A DNA stretch of 64,000 nucleotides from the human T2T-CHM13v2.0 reference genome, Homo sapiens. Where the stretch lies: assembly GCF_009914755.1 (NCBI RefSeq), contig NC_060925.1; one strand, written 5' to 3'. Position 1 is the stretch's first letter; each line of letters starts with the position of its first letter. The translations under genes and the position numbers were made by a program. Shown here in pieces: positions 1 to 15,151 of this stretch. The notes under the pieces are model-generated. The model had not been told where the DNA came from. It saw only the letters and a list, made by a program, of their open reading frames with translations, and searched no databases.

Positions 1-984
1 GGTATGATTGGAATATTATTCACCTTCATGCAAGACTTTTTTTTTTCATCTCCAGGGTCAACTAATTTTATTTATTGTTATTGCCTGTAACCCTTAAATA
101 TATAAGAATCTCCATATGCATCTATATAAAACAAAGCCTTGAAAGTGTTCCTTCAAAATAGTGATCATTTGCATTTAGTTGGCAGTACAAATTTATCTTT
201 CTGTATAATGCTTCTACATCTTTAAAAAGCCAATATCATAAATGAGATTATCCCCTTAGAAAACAATCTCAGACTAGAATAAATCAAGATATGGGAAACT
301 TACAAATAGCCTTTAATTTAACGAATATTACCAGAAAGTGTGTGCAACTGAAAAGTTCTAAGACAATAATTTATTGCTGAATTCGCAATGTAGGTTTTCC
401 TTTTAAAAATGTATTATCAGCCTCTATCCAATAGTATTAATAATCTTCCATGCTTTTGTGGCTGAGCAAATGCATATAAGATCATATAAATCTAAGTGTT
501 CCAGTCTAACTCCTTCTTTGCAGGGATGAAGAAACTGAGGCCCACAGAAGGTGGGTGATACCTGCAAAATCACAGTGAGTAAAATGCAAATACAAGAAAG
601 TACTTCCAACTCACTAAGAGCTCTTTGTGATACTACACTGATTTGGTTCAAATTTTTCCTTATACAAAACTCTGTCTACAACTTCCATGAGAAACTGAAT
701 AGAATATAATAAACCTCTAATATTTGAAGATGATAATTTGAGGTTTTTTTGGCTAATAAAAACATCTACAGAGTGTTTTCTAACAGCAGACACAAAAGTT
801 ACTAAATAAATAATTGTCCCCAAGCTTGAGGGTATTCCCATGAGATGATTGACCTTCATAATTTTAGTCTTTGTTTAGTTTAGATAATTGTGTGTGTGAG
901 GAGGTAAAGAAAGGAGGAAAGGCAAATTCACCCTATTTCTTATGCTCCTCTCCTTTGGCCTTATTTTTTTTTTATCATAAAACT

Positions 985-2130
985 TTATTGGATTGTTTTA
1001 ACTTTTCAAAAATAGACTTTACTTTTTAGAAAAGCTTTAGATTTGCAACAAAAATTGAATGAAAGACATAGAACTTCCCATATACCCCCTTATCCCCTAT
1101 GCATAGAATCCCCGATTATCAACATCCCCACCAGAGTGGTACATTTGTTACAATTGATGAATCTGCACTGACACATTATTATCTCCCAGAGTCTCCAGTT
1201 TATATTAGGGTTCGCTCTTGGTATTGCACACTATCTGGGTTTGGACAAGTGCTTAATGATAAGTTTCTAGCATTATAGTCTCATCCACAGTATTTTCATT
1301 GTCCCCAAATTCTCTGTGCTCTGCCTATTCATCTCTCCCTTTCCCCAACCCTTGGCAAACACTGACCTTTTTACTGTCTCCATAGTTTTGCCTTTTCTAG
1401 AATGACATATAGTAGGAATTACATAGTAGGTAGCCTTTTCAGACTGTCTTCTTTCACTTAATAATGTGCAATTAACCATCCTGTATGTCTTTCCATGGCT
1501 TTATAGCATATTTCTTTTTAGTGCTGAATAATATTCCACCGTCTTTATATGCCTTAGTTTATTTATTCATTCACCTACTGAAAGACATCTTGGTTGCTTC
1601 CAAGTTTTTGCAATTATGAATAAAGCTACTATAAACATATGTGTGAAGAATTTTGTGCAGACATAATTTTTCAACTCCTTAAGGTAAATACCAAGGAGTG
1701 CAAATTTCTGGATCATATGTTTAGTTTTACAAGAAATTGCCAAACTGTCTTCCAAAGTGGCTGTACAATTTTGCATGTCTACCAGGAATGAATAAGAGTT
1801 CCAGGAATGATTAAGAGTTCCTGTTGCTTCACATTCTCTTCAGCATTTGGTGTTGTCAGTGTTCTAGATTTCGGCCATTCTAGTAAGTGTGTAGTGGTAT
1901 CTCACTGTTGCTTTAAGTTGAATTTCCCTGATGCCATATGATGTGGAACATCTTTTCACATGATTATTTGACATGGTATATTTTTTCTGGTGAGATGTTT
2001 GTTAAATTCTTAGGCCCATTTAAAAAAATCAGATTGTGTTTTTATTGTTGGGTTTTAAGAGTTCTTTACATGTTTTGGGTAACATTCCTTCCTCTGATGT
2101 CTTTTGCAAATATTTTCTTTTTTTTTTTCA
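985..2130 (-). mobile_element. Old 5'-truncated LINE-1 (L1M, MB/MC-type) 3' end: ORF2 C-terminus plus 3'UTR
   Basis: Minus-strand ORF 1567-1776 reads HMFIVALFIIAKTWKQPRC, matching the L1 ORF2 C-terminus (compare [19 protein letters not shown] in the young L1 of this window). L1M-type 3'UTR at about 1005-1500. Boundaries approximate. Confidence 0.85.
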
Positions 2131-3699
2131 CCACAGAGCTTTCATGGTGAAAGAAGAGGGCAAAACTCAACCCGTCTCTTTAGACTTGGGAAGAATATGA
2201 AAGGACCAGGAGGGACACCTTTCCTAATAACCTAGCTGATGGTTCACTTATTGTAAGCACATTCTCAAACAAGGTGACAATTAGGTTCAAATATCGTCTT
2301 TGAAACACAAAGTAGATCTTACCCTTTTTATCCTCTTATTGCTAGTTTAGCTTCTACTGTTAGAAAGTTGATTCTTAATGTAATATTTGTCTAAGGGTCT
2401 GTTATAGGAGTCCTAAACAGATACATCAGCCATTTTATGCTCCTAAATGCAAGCCAGGAAAGAGCTAGAGATAAAAGCAAAGATGTTAATTTATGTAAAG
2501 TACTTAGCATGGTTCCTGGCAAGAATAACAAGTCAATAAATGATATTAATAATAATACTAATACTGTAAATAATACCTAACAAGGCTATTTTTCTTATTA
2601 TTTTTAAAATTCATACAGTCTCTAAAATCTTCAGTTACTTGTTCCTCTCACAGTGTTCCATACTACACCCTGGAGACACTGATCAAGCAGAGAACTGTGT
2701 TTACTTGATTGTCTGAAACAGCAGGCCGATATAGCAGTTGCAAGCATCTTGAGCAATTCTATTCCATATAGAGACATAAGAAACCGAGAGAAAGAGACAC
2801 AATACATAGAAGATTTTTTGCACCACTTAAGTCGCTTAAAAATGAGAAAAAGATATATCCAGTCTTCTTTTTTTTAAAAGACCACATCACATTTTTAAGA
2901 TGTAATCCCTAGTAATCAACATGACAGCCCAGCAGAGCAGAATCAGGAGTTCTTGCTGAAATAATCCTACACACTAACACTTTGTCTAATGTCATAATAA
3001 CATCTGAAGATGCACCTTTTTCTCCAACTATTGAGCGGCTACTTTCTTTCCTCTTTCCCTCACAGCTGTCTCCCAGGCAGATGATTTTAGTATAATATCT
3101 GTAATCACTCCAGAGCTCTTTCCTGATGTGTACTTTGTTCTCTGAACCCTTTAAAGTTGTAGCCCCTCTGATTATTTTAGTCCCAGAGTTTCATGCCTTT
3201 TACACATTGTTATTCTAAATTCCACGAGTCATTTACTTGCTCATAATCCAGGTCTTTCAAGCCTCTTTGAGTTTGCACACTCGGTTCCACACTATTTGTC
3301 TCCATTTTTGTATCATTAGCCAAATTGACTAATATGAAGTCTGCTCAGGATGGTTCAAAATGAAAATAATGTGCTAGCTGAAGAGTAAATATTACTGAGC
3401 TATGAATGATGAAGATTTGCTCAGAAATTTTGCTTATGAGTAGTTTGTTATGAAGCATACAAACCCTAGCATTCATTAGATTTTTTTTTTAGTAAAAAGG
3501 AGTAAATCTTTTCTTTTGTATGCAAAATGCACTTTTCCTTTAAATTTATGAAGTTTATTGGCTTTTTAATTTTCTTTACAATATAATATATTTGCAACAA
3601 TTAATCCTATATTCTTCCTCTTTGAAATACACATTTTCTAAAAACATGTTGATCATGAGGTAGATAGAATAAAGTAGCTTACTTGATAGCTTTTCCAAC

Positions 3700-4210
3700 A
3701 ACCTTCTGATGTTTTTTCTTGTGCTGTAGAGGCTGGAAAGCTGAAAAATGACATTCCCAGACTCCATTGAAATTAGATTTCCAGAGGTGATTTATGTTCC
3801 ACACATCAGATGTATATGCTCAAGATTTGTTTAACAGGGAAGGAGGCAGTGGTGTGTGGGTCCCTTTTGCTCATGTGAATCTTACAGGTATGGGTATGGC
3901 TCTCAAGTTCACAGTGCTGGTTACTGCTTGCTGATCTCAACAGTCTAAAGCAGTTTTTTTTTCCAGAGGCAACAGTTTTGTGATGGACTTCCTAAATTAT
4001 CCAGCTTCTTTATATTGGCCAAAGTAGTAGTTTCCTTGATGAGAAAGGATACAGTGTTCTGGGAGCTAATTCTGGTTAGCCTAGATAGAGCCTGTTATCA
4101 CAGCCCTTTCCAAAACAATTTTGTCAACTCTAATGCCTTGTAAAAAGTCACTTTCTGCTTATGAGACCAGAGCAGTTTCTGCAATTTGACTCCCAGCTGA
4201 ACTGTTTCAA
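3700..4210 (+). mobile_element. Degenerate ERVL solo LTR (LTR33-like)
   Basis: Motifs 'acattcccagactcc' and 'ctttctgctta..agagcagtttctg' resemble LTR33/LTR16-type LTRs; recognised by eye, highly diverged. Confidence 0.45.
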
Positions 4211-4604
4211 GTTTGAGATTCTGAAATCAGGGTTTGAGGTACTGAATATTTTTGAATGGTCTTCAAAGTTATCATTCCATTTCCCAGAGTTCTTTTCCAA
4301 ACAGTGCAATAACTTTCTACCCACATTGTCATTCAGTAACTCACAGAATCAGATTCTTCATCCAATTTTTAGCTATATTATCCAAATATCCTTGTCACCA
4401 TGTAGCATGAACTACCTATATCCCTTCTTCTATTATATTATGAACAGATGCACCCTGACTTCCCTGACTTCAAACACTGTTCAGATAGCCCATCTGAGAT
4501 CCTTATCTTGGACTGTCTGTTTCCTGCAACTACTAATGCAAGCAGAAGTATTATACAATTCAAGATGTAATAAAACTAGAGGTTTTTCTTCTCACAAAGA
4601 TGAT

Positions 4605-4790
4605 GGTGTGGTATAATTGAAAATACTACACAGTTTGGAAACAAATCGACCTAGACTTGAAAACTGGCTCCACTATTTTACTTACTATCTGTGTGACTTT
4701 GGACAGTTATTTGACCTTTTAAGTCTGTTCTCTGAGATTCAAATACCTTACAGAGTTCTTGTGAAGATCAAATGACATATGCTCATAAAC
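4605..4790 (+). mobile_element. MIR SINE
   Basis: MIR core 'ctggctccactatt...ctgtgtgactttggacagttatttgacct...ttgtgaagatcaaatga'. Confidence 0.75.
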
Positions 4791-6234
4791 ATAGCCTGTT
4801 TTTCCTGTTGGAGAATTACTTCTTCCTCATTGTATGTAGTCTTGGTGGACGGATTAAAGATAAACAGATTCTACCATGTAAGCCAAATGAGGCAAATATT
4901 CCCTTTCTCTGTCTCAGGCAACTTAGGGAGCAGGAATAATGGCATATATTCAGCGAATTGGGAGCTCTTTCATGAGGTTTTAAATCTCCCAGGTAGATTG
5001 GAGGTTATTTATTAAAACAACCAAGGTAATAGCAGTGGCCCAAACAGTTTCAGGCTGAGATTCCAGTTTTCTAATTCGTGGCCCTCCAGTGTTTCCTTGT
5101 TCCCTGCCCATTCTTAGGCTGCTTCACCAGGCTCTTATTGATGTTGTAACTCCTAGGATAGTTTTCTAATAAATCCCGTTTTGTGTAAGTTATTCGTGAT
5201 GGTTTCTGTTGTTTCCCACACAAAAACACTGATTGATAGAGTATTTTTTCCTACTCTAAAAAAGAGAAAATGAAGCCATGGAAAGGTTGTGTTACTAATA
5301 CATGGCTGTGTTAATAATAATCCACATAGATAGTAACTAGTAGAGTCATGATTTAATGTCAAGTCTTTCAGACCACAAAATCTGTTCTTCTGCTTAAACA
5401 GAGCTTTTTTCTTTTTTCTTTTTTCTTTTTTTTCCTTCTTAAACAGAGTTGTCTCACTAAGCCCAAATTTGTCTAACTGGCCTTATTTCCCTGGAGTATA
5501 TCCTGGAAGTTTCCATTCAAGCCAATTTAAGTTACTTTAAATTAGGAAAGGCAGAAAACAAAAGCCCAAACCTTTGTAAAGGAGGAGGATTTGCTACATT
5601 GTTCTCAATTCATCACAGAAGAGGATGAAACTGAGTGATTACACTTGCTGGAGAGAAAAAAAGTCCTTCCCCCGCTCACCCCAAATAAAGCATTAACTTT
5701 ATGTTAATCCATGAATTAAATTGAATTGCATTATTACTTAGTGCTAATCTATATAACCTACTTAAAATTTAATTGTATGTCATAGTTTGAATAGATGCAT
5801 GCTATGCATTGTTCTTTACATTATAACATCATCTTGACATTATCAATATGATGTCTATAGAAGACATTAATTTCTTGTTCTGAAATACAGAAGTATTATT
5901 TTTACATTCTTTTGCGGGATTGTATTCTTTTTGCTTATATTAATATCATGTGAAATCCACCCAAAGGTAGCAATAACAATTATATATTTGTTTCAATTTT
6001 GAAATACAAATTTAGAACTAATATGCATTTGGTACCCACCTCACTGAATATGAAATCTCATGACTCTTTACATCGAGTGCTTATGACAACATGCTACAGT
6101 GTGCATGGCCAAACACATTCTTCAAAAAAACAACATAAAGGATATAAAGGCTGACATAAATGAGTATTATTCCTCAGATTGTTCATTGATTTGTTTCATC
6201 TTCTAACACAACATTGATAGACATATAATGTAGC

Positions 6235-6715
6235 AGATATATTCTTCCTTGCTGGCAGAATTCACTGTTTCAAACGTAAATCCCCAACAGTCTAAACCAT
6301 TCTATGCGATGCCATACCTCCTCCCTGTGATTGCTTTACAAAAGAGCATGTGACTCAGTCTTGGCAATGATTGAGTCACACCTTGGCAATGACATGAAAG
6401 GGAAGACTGCTGAGGATTCTGGGGAATGTGTCTTCACTGATGAAACGAAACACAGAAGAAAAAATTGCTTATCTTCCTTTGGCCATTGATGTATCTGCAT
6501 GGAAAGCCCGTAACTGCAGAAATCAACTGGGATTTTAACGGCTGTTCACAGAACACAGCTGAAACACTGGACAGAACTGGCTCCTTGAGTTGCTGAATTA
6601 ACCCACTCTGGAACTAATTTCTTGTTATATGAAATAATAATGTTTCCTTTTTGCTTAAGCAACTTTGAGTAGGGGTTTTCCATGATGTGCAGTCCAAAGC
6701 ATCTTAATGATACAC
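6235..6715 (+). mobile_element. MLT1-type (MaLR) solo LTR, old subfamily
   Basis: MLT1-like 3' end 'gcttaagcaactttgagtaggggttttccatgatgtgcagtccaaagcatcttaatgataca'; internal 'catgtgactcagtcttggcaatga'. Confidence 0.65.
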
Positions 6716-6789
6716 ATAGCAAGTATTTCACAGGAGTTCTTAGCACAATTACCATGACAAGTGCTCACGTAATGTTTATTAAAAAAATT

Positions 6790-7115
6790 CAATTGGCCCT
6801 TCATATTCTTGGGTTCTGAGTCTATAGAATTAACCACCTACAGATCAAAAATATTTAAAAAATTGCACCTGTACTAAACATGTAGACTTTTTTATTGTCA
6901 TTATTCCCTAAACAATACAACAACTATTTATATGGCATTTACATAGTATTAGGCATTATAAGTAGTCAAGAGATAATTTAAAGTGTACAAGAGGATGCGC
7001 ACAGGTTATATGGAAATACTATACCACTTTACATCAGGGACTTGAGCATCTTTGGGTTTTGATATCCAAGGGAGGTCTGAGAACCATTCCCCTGAGGATA
7101 CCAAGGGACAATTGT
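6790..7115 (-). mobile_element. MER2-type Tigger (TcMar) non-autonomous DNA transposon
   Basis: Reverse complement of the MER2 5' end ('gagcatctttgggttttgatatccaagggagg...ggataccaagggacaattg' followed by TA); homologous to the element at 16405-16723 in the opposite orientation. Confidence 0.8.
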
Positions 7116-7583
7116 ACTGAATGCAAGGAGGTTAATATTATCTGACATTATCATGGACTTCAGAAAACGTGAAGGAATATGTATTTATTTGGGCTAAAGA
7201 TGAAAATAATGGAAGTGACTACAAGCAAGTAATGGATAAAATGAAAGTGTTATGATGGAGGGGGAGGCAAGAAAAGACACATTTTGGTACCTCCAATGAC
7301 CACCTCAGGGCTTGACTTTTTTTTTTTTTTAAATGAAAATATGACCTCACAGCAGAGTGTTTGTTCTCACTCTTCATGCTACTGTGAATGTCATCCAACC
7401 TTACCGTGGCCAGCCCGGCCTCTCCACATTTCCAGCCTGTGTGTACCACAGTAGCAAATGTTCTTTCATTCCCAAAGGGCTATGTCTTCAAAATGGAGAA
7501 ACAGGACACACACCAAATGTATAAAACAGAAAATAAGACAGAAGAATGTGCTTATTGGCTTTTTCTTCTATCATTTAATAGAG

Positions 7584-7932
7584 TGCTATGGTTTTTGAAT
7601 GTACGTGTCCCTCCAAAATTTATATGCTGAAACCTAATCACCAAGGTGATGGTATTAGAAGGTAGAACCTTTAGGAGGTGATTAGGTCATCAGGGTTCAC
7701 ATTTCATGAATGAGATTAATTCACTTATAAAAGAGGCATCACAGACCTGTCTCCCACTTTTTGCCCTTCTAAGGTACAAGGACACAGTGCCATCTTGGAA
7801 GCAGCAATGAAGCCCCTACCAGAAACTGAACCTACTGGCACTTTGATCTTGGAGAGCTATGAGAAATGCATTTTTATTATTTATAAATCACCTAGTTTAT
7901 ATCATATTAGAGCAGTAGGAATGGACTAAGAG
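7584..7932 (+). mobile_element. MLT1A/MST-type MaLR solo LTR
   Basis: Starts 'tgctatggtttttgaatgtacgtgtccctccaaaatttatatgctgaaacc' and ends 'aatggactaagaga', the typical MLT1A termini. Confidence 0.8.
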
Positions 7933-8589
7933 ATTGGGCAAGGGTGAAATACAATCTAAAATGCAAGTAAGAGTTTCAGGTATAAGAAAGAAGTAGAGAC
8001 TTACGGGAGTGAGCCTGTCTGCCTCTGTTAAGTATCCCTTGGGCACGGGATAAATTTTCTTTGTAATGGAAACTTCTGAACCATTTATAATAGTGTCAGT
8101 ACCTCTTGAAAGCCATCAATTAAACGTTTATCAAAAAAACATAAAGACCTTTTCCCCATTCTCATTATCAAGATCTCATAGTTAGCTAGGTACTTGATCT
8201 TGAAGCCTGTATCTTCAAGTGTTTATTAATTTCACAATCTCAATTTCTCTCATTTCTTCACCTCTTACGGCTCCTGGTTCAGCTCTTTTTACCTCCCTTC
8301 TCTAAACAGTAAGCAGCTTCTTGTTATTTTTTTCTCAGTTTTATATTGAGTTTTATACACACGGATTTGACTCAGATTTTTATCTCTAAATAACTGTATG
8401 AAAATATTTACTGAATATGTGCAAGACACAAAGCTGGTTAGGTTAAATAAAATGACACATAAAACTTTGACTTTGTTTTCAAGAATCTCAGAATCCACTG
8501 GGAGTCTGATATTTAAACAATTCAACGACAGACATACTGTGATAAGTGCCGTAACAAAAATATGTAAAAAATGAAAACGAAAGTAGCTT

Positions 8590-8990
8590 GCCTCTCACCA
8601 TAGTCTGTAAGGCATCCCCTATTGGGCTTCTCCTTTTATTTCAAATTTGCTATGTTCAAGATAGAATTCACCATCTTTCCTCCCAAAATTGTTCTCCATT
8701 GTGATGATTCTATTTCTCCTAGCTGTTGCACAGTTAGCTTAGTCACTCAGGCTTGAAAGATGGGTATTCTTTGCATTTTTCTTAGATTCATACTCCCCAT
8801 CTAGCCATATACTAAGTTCTGTTCATTTTTCTTTTGAAATATCTGTTTTATCCTTCTGTTCTACAGTCATTACCATCGCCCTACTCCAAAATTGGATCAC
8901 TTTATACTTATATTCCTGCAATTTCCTAGCAGATGTCTATGAATCCAGGCTCTCCCTCATCTAAATCATTCTGTGTACTTCAAAGACCCA
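8590..8990 (+). mobile_element. L2 LINE fragment
   Basis: L2-like pyrimidine-rich tract 'caaatttgctatgttcaagatagaattcaccatctttcctccc...actaagttctgttcattttt'. Confidence 0.55.
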
Positions 8991-9780
8991 CCGAATTCTA
9001 AAATAGGGAGACGTTGACCTCTAATGCAACAATCTCTACAAATCAACCCCAAAATGTAGATGAATACCCATCTACTATCCAAATACTTATTGATGGGAAG
9101 CCCAATTTTTCAAAAAACCTTCTTACTTAATTTGTAGATTATTTTAATTGATAGAAAAATTCCCCTTGTTTTGGTAAGTCTACATCTTTCTTGCTCTATT
9201 TTTCCCCCTTGAATCCTTGTTTGGATTCCCTGAAATGTAAAATCTCATCAAGCCTTTGAAGAAAACTATTTTCTCTTTTTAAGTCTTATGTTTTAAAAAC
9301 TGGTTAAACATATACTGTTTCCATAATTGAATCTGATATAAATTTTAGACCACAATATCTTGATTGCCCTCCTATTGGTATTTTACACTTTTTAGCATTA
9401 TTTAAAATACGGTGTTCAAATATAAAGAGAATACTTCACAATTTCCTTACACAGATTTTTCATTATTCTGCTCATCAACCAAATTCAAGTATCTTAAATA
9501 TTTCCAGTTTTTGTTGTGTCAAAACAAAACTTCTCTCCCTGAGTTCTACCTGACTTTAAAAGCCATCCAGAATTTATGTGTTTTGCTCTAGTCCAACTTA
9601 TTTATCTCAGCTACCTAAAGCATATCCCACATTTGCTGGGATGGGATCCTTTCTTTAGCATCTCCTTTCATTCACTTATTCACATTTCCAATTCTTTCCT
9701 TATGCTTATCCTTTTGCCTGAAGTGACTTATCTTTACCTGATTTTATCTTCTCTTTCCTTGAACACTCAGTTTTAGACAG

Positions 9781-10485
9781 TGTAATAAGGAATTTCACCT
9801 CATCAAAGAGAGGTCTGGCTTTTGCCTTCAGCTACTGGGAGGTGACCTCTAGGTTCCTGCAGTGTCCTGCCTGATAGGAATCCTTTCATTTGCTAGTGTG
9901 TTTGACTACTAGACCACTTAACAAGGTGATTTATGATGGGGACTTTGAGGCCATGCTATATCACCTCTAATCTCATGAAGAACTGATGAGTAAAGGTTGC
10001 CTGACTTTTGTGAGTGGTAGGAGACTAAAGGGCAGCCAATGCCAGCACTATGTGATTAAGCCCCAGTAAAAACTCTGGACACTGAAGGCTTGAGTCAGCT
10101 TCCCTGATTGGCAAACTCTGTGTGTATTGCCACACATTGTGGCAAGGAGGAGATAATACCATCCATGACTCCACAGGAAGAAGACAGCCAGAAGCTGTGT
10201 ATTTGGTCCTCTCTCAGACTCTGCCCTATGTATCTATTCCATTGGCTGAGTTTTTGTATTCCCCTGTAATAACCCATGACTATAATAGTTTTCAATGAGT
10301 TCTGTGAGTCCTTATAGTGAATTATCAAATCCAAGTTTAGTCATTAGAATCCTTTAAATTGTAGCCAGCTGGTCTGAACTGAGAGTGGTCCTGGGGACCC
10401 AGGAACTTTGTGACTTGTGTCTGAAGTGAGGACCGTCTTGTGGGGAGAATTCCCTGAAATTGCATTGTTGGTCAAACTCACCACA
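9781..10485 (+). mobile_element. MER21-family (MER21C-like) ERV solo LTR inserted in an L2 fragment
   Basis: TG...CA termini; MER21 motifs 'ccccagtaaaaactctggacact...gcttccctgattggcaa' and 'tgagttctgtgagtcctt..gtgaattatcaaa'. Confidence 0.75.
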
Positions 10486-10567
10486 CAGACCCACTTCCTT
10501 CCTGAAGCATCCTCTAAGTACTACTTCCCTCACTGATGTTGCTTCCTTCTAAATATCTATATATTGA

Positions 10568-11321
<754 letters not shown>

Positions 11322-14300
11322 TATACTGAATATCACAAAATTTGTCACAGACATAGATCACTGGAGGTAACATATTAAGCTGACATTACGATAAGTACCA
11401 GCAAAGGTTTGGATTTGGGTACCATGGATATTTAGCAATCTTGTAACTTCTGAGATCAGAAGACAATAAAAGAAGGAGAGAGAAGACTATTATAATGCTG
11501 TGAAAAAGTATAAGAAAGAGAGGATGGTAGTGATACTGGCAAGAAGGCATCAATCATTTTCCTAAGGAACCACTGTATTAACAAAATAGTTCAACAGTTC
11601 TATCAACATGTTTTAAAGCACTTACTAGGCACTGAAAATGTGTCATCAACTCTCCAGGGATGAATAGTTGATGATGGTATTTGATAATTCTTGCAACATT
11701 TTTTTTTGATAGCAGTTTATTTCAGAGGCTTCATACTTTGGGAATAGGTCTCTGCCTTTCCCACATCTTACAATTTTATATGAGCAAGACCATCTACATG
11801 CTCTGCCTGTGACTGGTAGTTTTCTTTTTAATTATATTTTTTCCTATTTCTTTTTTCATGAAAGATGCCAATAGTCAGTGTGGTGACCCTGTCAAGTTTA
11901 ACATGAATGGATAATTCTGAGTGATGTGAGATACTCTAAATAGAGAGAAAACAGAAAGAGTAGTCATGAACAGCACATAAGTACAGCAATATGGGAACAG
12001 GAAATAAGAAACCAGAAGGAATAGAGGAATTAAAAGGGCAGAAATGGGCTCACACTGGCTTCCAGAACTAGAAGGAATTGGAGGAAGATATTCATAGAAA
12101 CTCAGAAAAGTTCTGAAATCAGAAATGGTGATGGGTTGATTCTTGGCTTGAGTATAGCAGCAGGTGGTAAAAAAAGGGGATAGAAAGAAGGAAGGTATTC
12201 GTTGGCCAGAAGTTTGATATCCTTTCCTTGTGGAAAACATCTTGCCTTTTGGTTTTATTTTTACTTCTCTGAGAGCTGTAAGGAGACCAGGATTCATATT
12301 TCCTTGGGCTAGGATTATGACAGATTACATTCTTTTTTTTTTATCCCTAGATAATGCTTTTCAGAAAGAAAAACATCTCAAATAGGCATCCTGGAGGGCC
12401 CTGAAGGACCCTAAATTGGGACAATTCTATAAAAACAGGATGTTTGATTATCTCTTGTTCTGCTAAAATCACACTACAGAGCCTGGCTGAGCTGGGGGAT
12501 GTGCAATAGATCAGTAACAAGGCAAGAATTCATTATCCACCTGCTAGAGTTCTATGATAACCTATCAATGGAATAAGTGTGTAAATCTCTACTTTTTAAG
12601 CAGTCTTCATATTTCACAAAACCCCTTTGTAGCTAGTTAAGCCACTTGCAACTTTCCTAACATCCATTTTCACTACTGGAAAATTGATAAATCAAAATAA
12701 TGCGTTAGGTTTTGATGTGCTTAATCTGGTTTCTGTTTGAAACATTAGCATTTATGAATCAGATATGCAAAGTGTGGTGTGTCCGATTTCCATAACTCTA
12801 TCCCTCTTCAGTATACTAGAAATAATTGGGCCACGAGTTTATTAATATTGAAATTTCCAGTACAAAATGCATTTCTAGTTGAAGTGATACCAGCTAGTAT
12901 TTTACATACTGGTAAGTGCTGATCAATTGATAGACGTTTTTTCTATTCCTGATGTTTTAAGAAAAGAGAAACTACCTTTTCTGATTAAAAGAAATGCAGT
13001 CATTCAGTAAGCAATGCACACAATCTTTACAATTTTCTGTGTTCAAATAGTCTTCTGAAATTATACCACATATGTGTGTATATCATAAATATAGATAAAA
13101 ATATCAGCGTTCATTCTAAATTGCTTAAAATGTGTATTTCTCTTTTAAACAGAAACATTTACTATAATTCCATAGTTTTTTTTTCAAATATGCTTTTTTC
13201 TAAGACAATTTAAGGAGCTTTTTGAAACAGGGTTATTGATCTTTTTTATAAGATCAGATGAATAAAGTATTTCCAAGAAAACTGATTCCCAGGATAGAAT
13301 TGGTATGTTGTTTCTCTAAATTGTGGTGGTTTAAGAACTCATCTTGTTCATTTTCAGCATATAATCTATAGTTTTTGAGAAGCTAAATGGAAAGAATGAT
13401 GAAAAAATGCACAGTTGCAAAATTCAATTTTAGAAACACAACTTAAAAGGCTTATTTAATATGCTGCAGGTGTAAATATATGCAGCATAGGAAAAGATGA
13501 TGAGATATAGAACAAACAATTATTTCAGGTAAAATAAAACCTAACACTTGTGTTTTCTGATTAGAACTTCCCTTTCCATTTATTGATATCTGTTTCATTC
13601 AAGACAGAATGCGAAACTATATATCTTCTATGTTTTAGTCAGGGTAGGATGCTAAATTATATTTTTAAAAGACATCATTTAGCTTTTTCCATTGCAGAAA
13701 CAAATGTACACTGAATTAAAACTTAGGAGCTGATAGCTTCCACAGGCTGTTGCATATCACCAAAAACTCAACATGAGTTCATTAATACTTGTTGAATTGG
13801 AACTTTTTTTTAAGTCTGAGCCTGTCCTGTCTAATAAAATATACAAACAAGAAAATATGAACTCATCTAATAGTTGAAAGGTAATGGTCATCTAGTAGGC
13901 TCTTCTCTTGGAATGGTTTAGCAATTCATTGCTGCATGTATTCAGATTAATTTTATAGCATTAAAGTGATAATATTGTAAAACATGCCTATATCTCTTTC
14001 ACATACTTCCTTCTGGTGTAGTAAGGATTCTGCAGTAAGATAGTGTGGTGGACTAGTTGACTTCCCAAGGCCTATTATTCTATGAAGTGAAAATTAATAT
14101 CCTTTTAACAGAAAAGCCGGGTTTCCAATTATCAGTAGAGCAGATGTTGTGCTTTTCTTCTGGATATAAAGAAAAGGGATGTACATATTATGCTTCAAGA
14201 GGTGTAGCAATATAAGTAAGGCTTTTTCACTCTGCTTTACTGCTACCCTGAGGGTAAATTGCTCGGGTGTGCAGCTCCATCCTGCAATTCCTCCAAATAT

Positions 14301-15151
14301 CAGAAATGAAAAGCACAGCTATGAAAGGTCCAGGCTTGGCTTTCCTCATCATAAAATTATGGGAATGTAACTCATACAGCTGCTGTGACTACCTGCTGTC
14401 TGCCAGATCCCCTTGCTTCCATTTTTTTCTGCTCACTGGGTATAGCCAGTCATTTCCAAGAGCTAATTTGCAGTTGATTATGCAATCTGCCAAGCCCAAT
14501 CAATGTGCATACTCATGACCACTCATAAGATCATTTGCCTTAATCATAGGAGACCTGGAGGTCACTACTTCACTATAGGGAATATATTCAGTAGAGATAG
14601 TTGTAGGGGTGCCCACTACCCAGCTGCCTGCCAGGTCTCTTGGCTTCCATCATTTTCATCTCTTGGATGCAGCCAGTTTTATCCAAAGTCGCTTCAAAGG
14701 CAAATCCATTTCCTACCAGTGAGAAATCCTCTGCTGACTACGGACTTCTGAGGCAGCAAGACACATACAAATACCTTGACAAAAATTCAGAATTCAGCTT
14801 TCTTCATTTTCTCTCTTTTTAAAAAATTTAAGTAATGTTAGTTTTCAGCAAGATTTTATTCTTTTCCATGTGACAAAATGAACTGTCATTAGGTGTCTAA
14901 CAGAATGGTCTTCTAAAAATCAGGCCTCTTGTTGGGATTTATTGGGCTCATGATATCTTTCCATATGTATAAGCCAGTTTTTATTTCTTACATTCTGAAA
15001 TTTCTTTTTAAAAATGGACCAGATTATATTTCAATACATGCTTGAGGATTGTGACTTATAGATCTTGGCAGTTTACAATCACCTAGTGCAGAGAAGGCAA
15101 AGATGTACCATGTGTTCTGCCATTCTCCTTCCTCTTTTCCTTGCACATAGT

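Noticed and set aside
14180-14760. Non-repetitive, more GC-balanced stretch as a possible enhancer or exon
   Set aside because: No convincing splice-site pair or motif cluster; conservation data would be needed.
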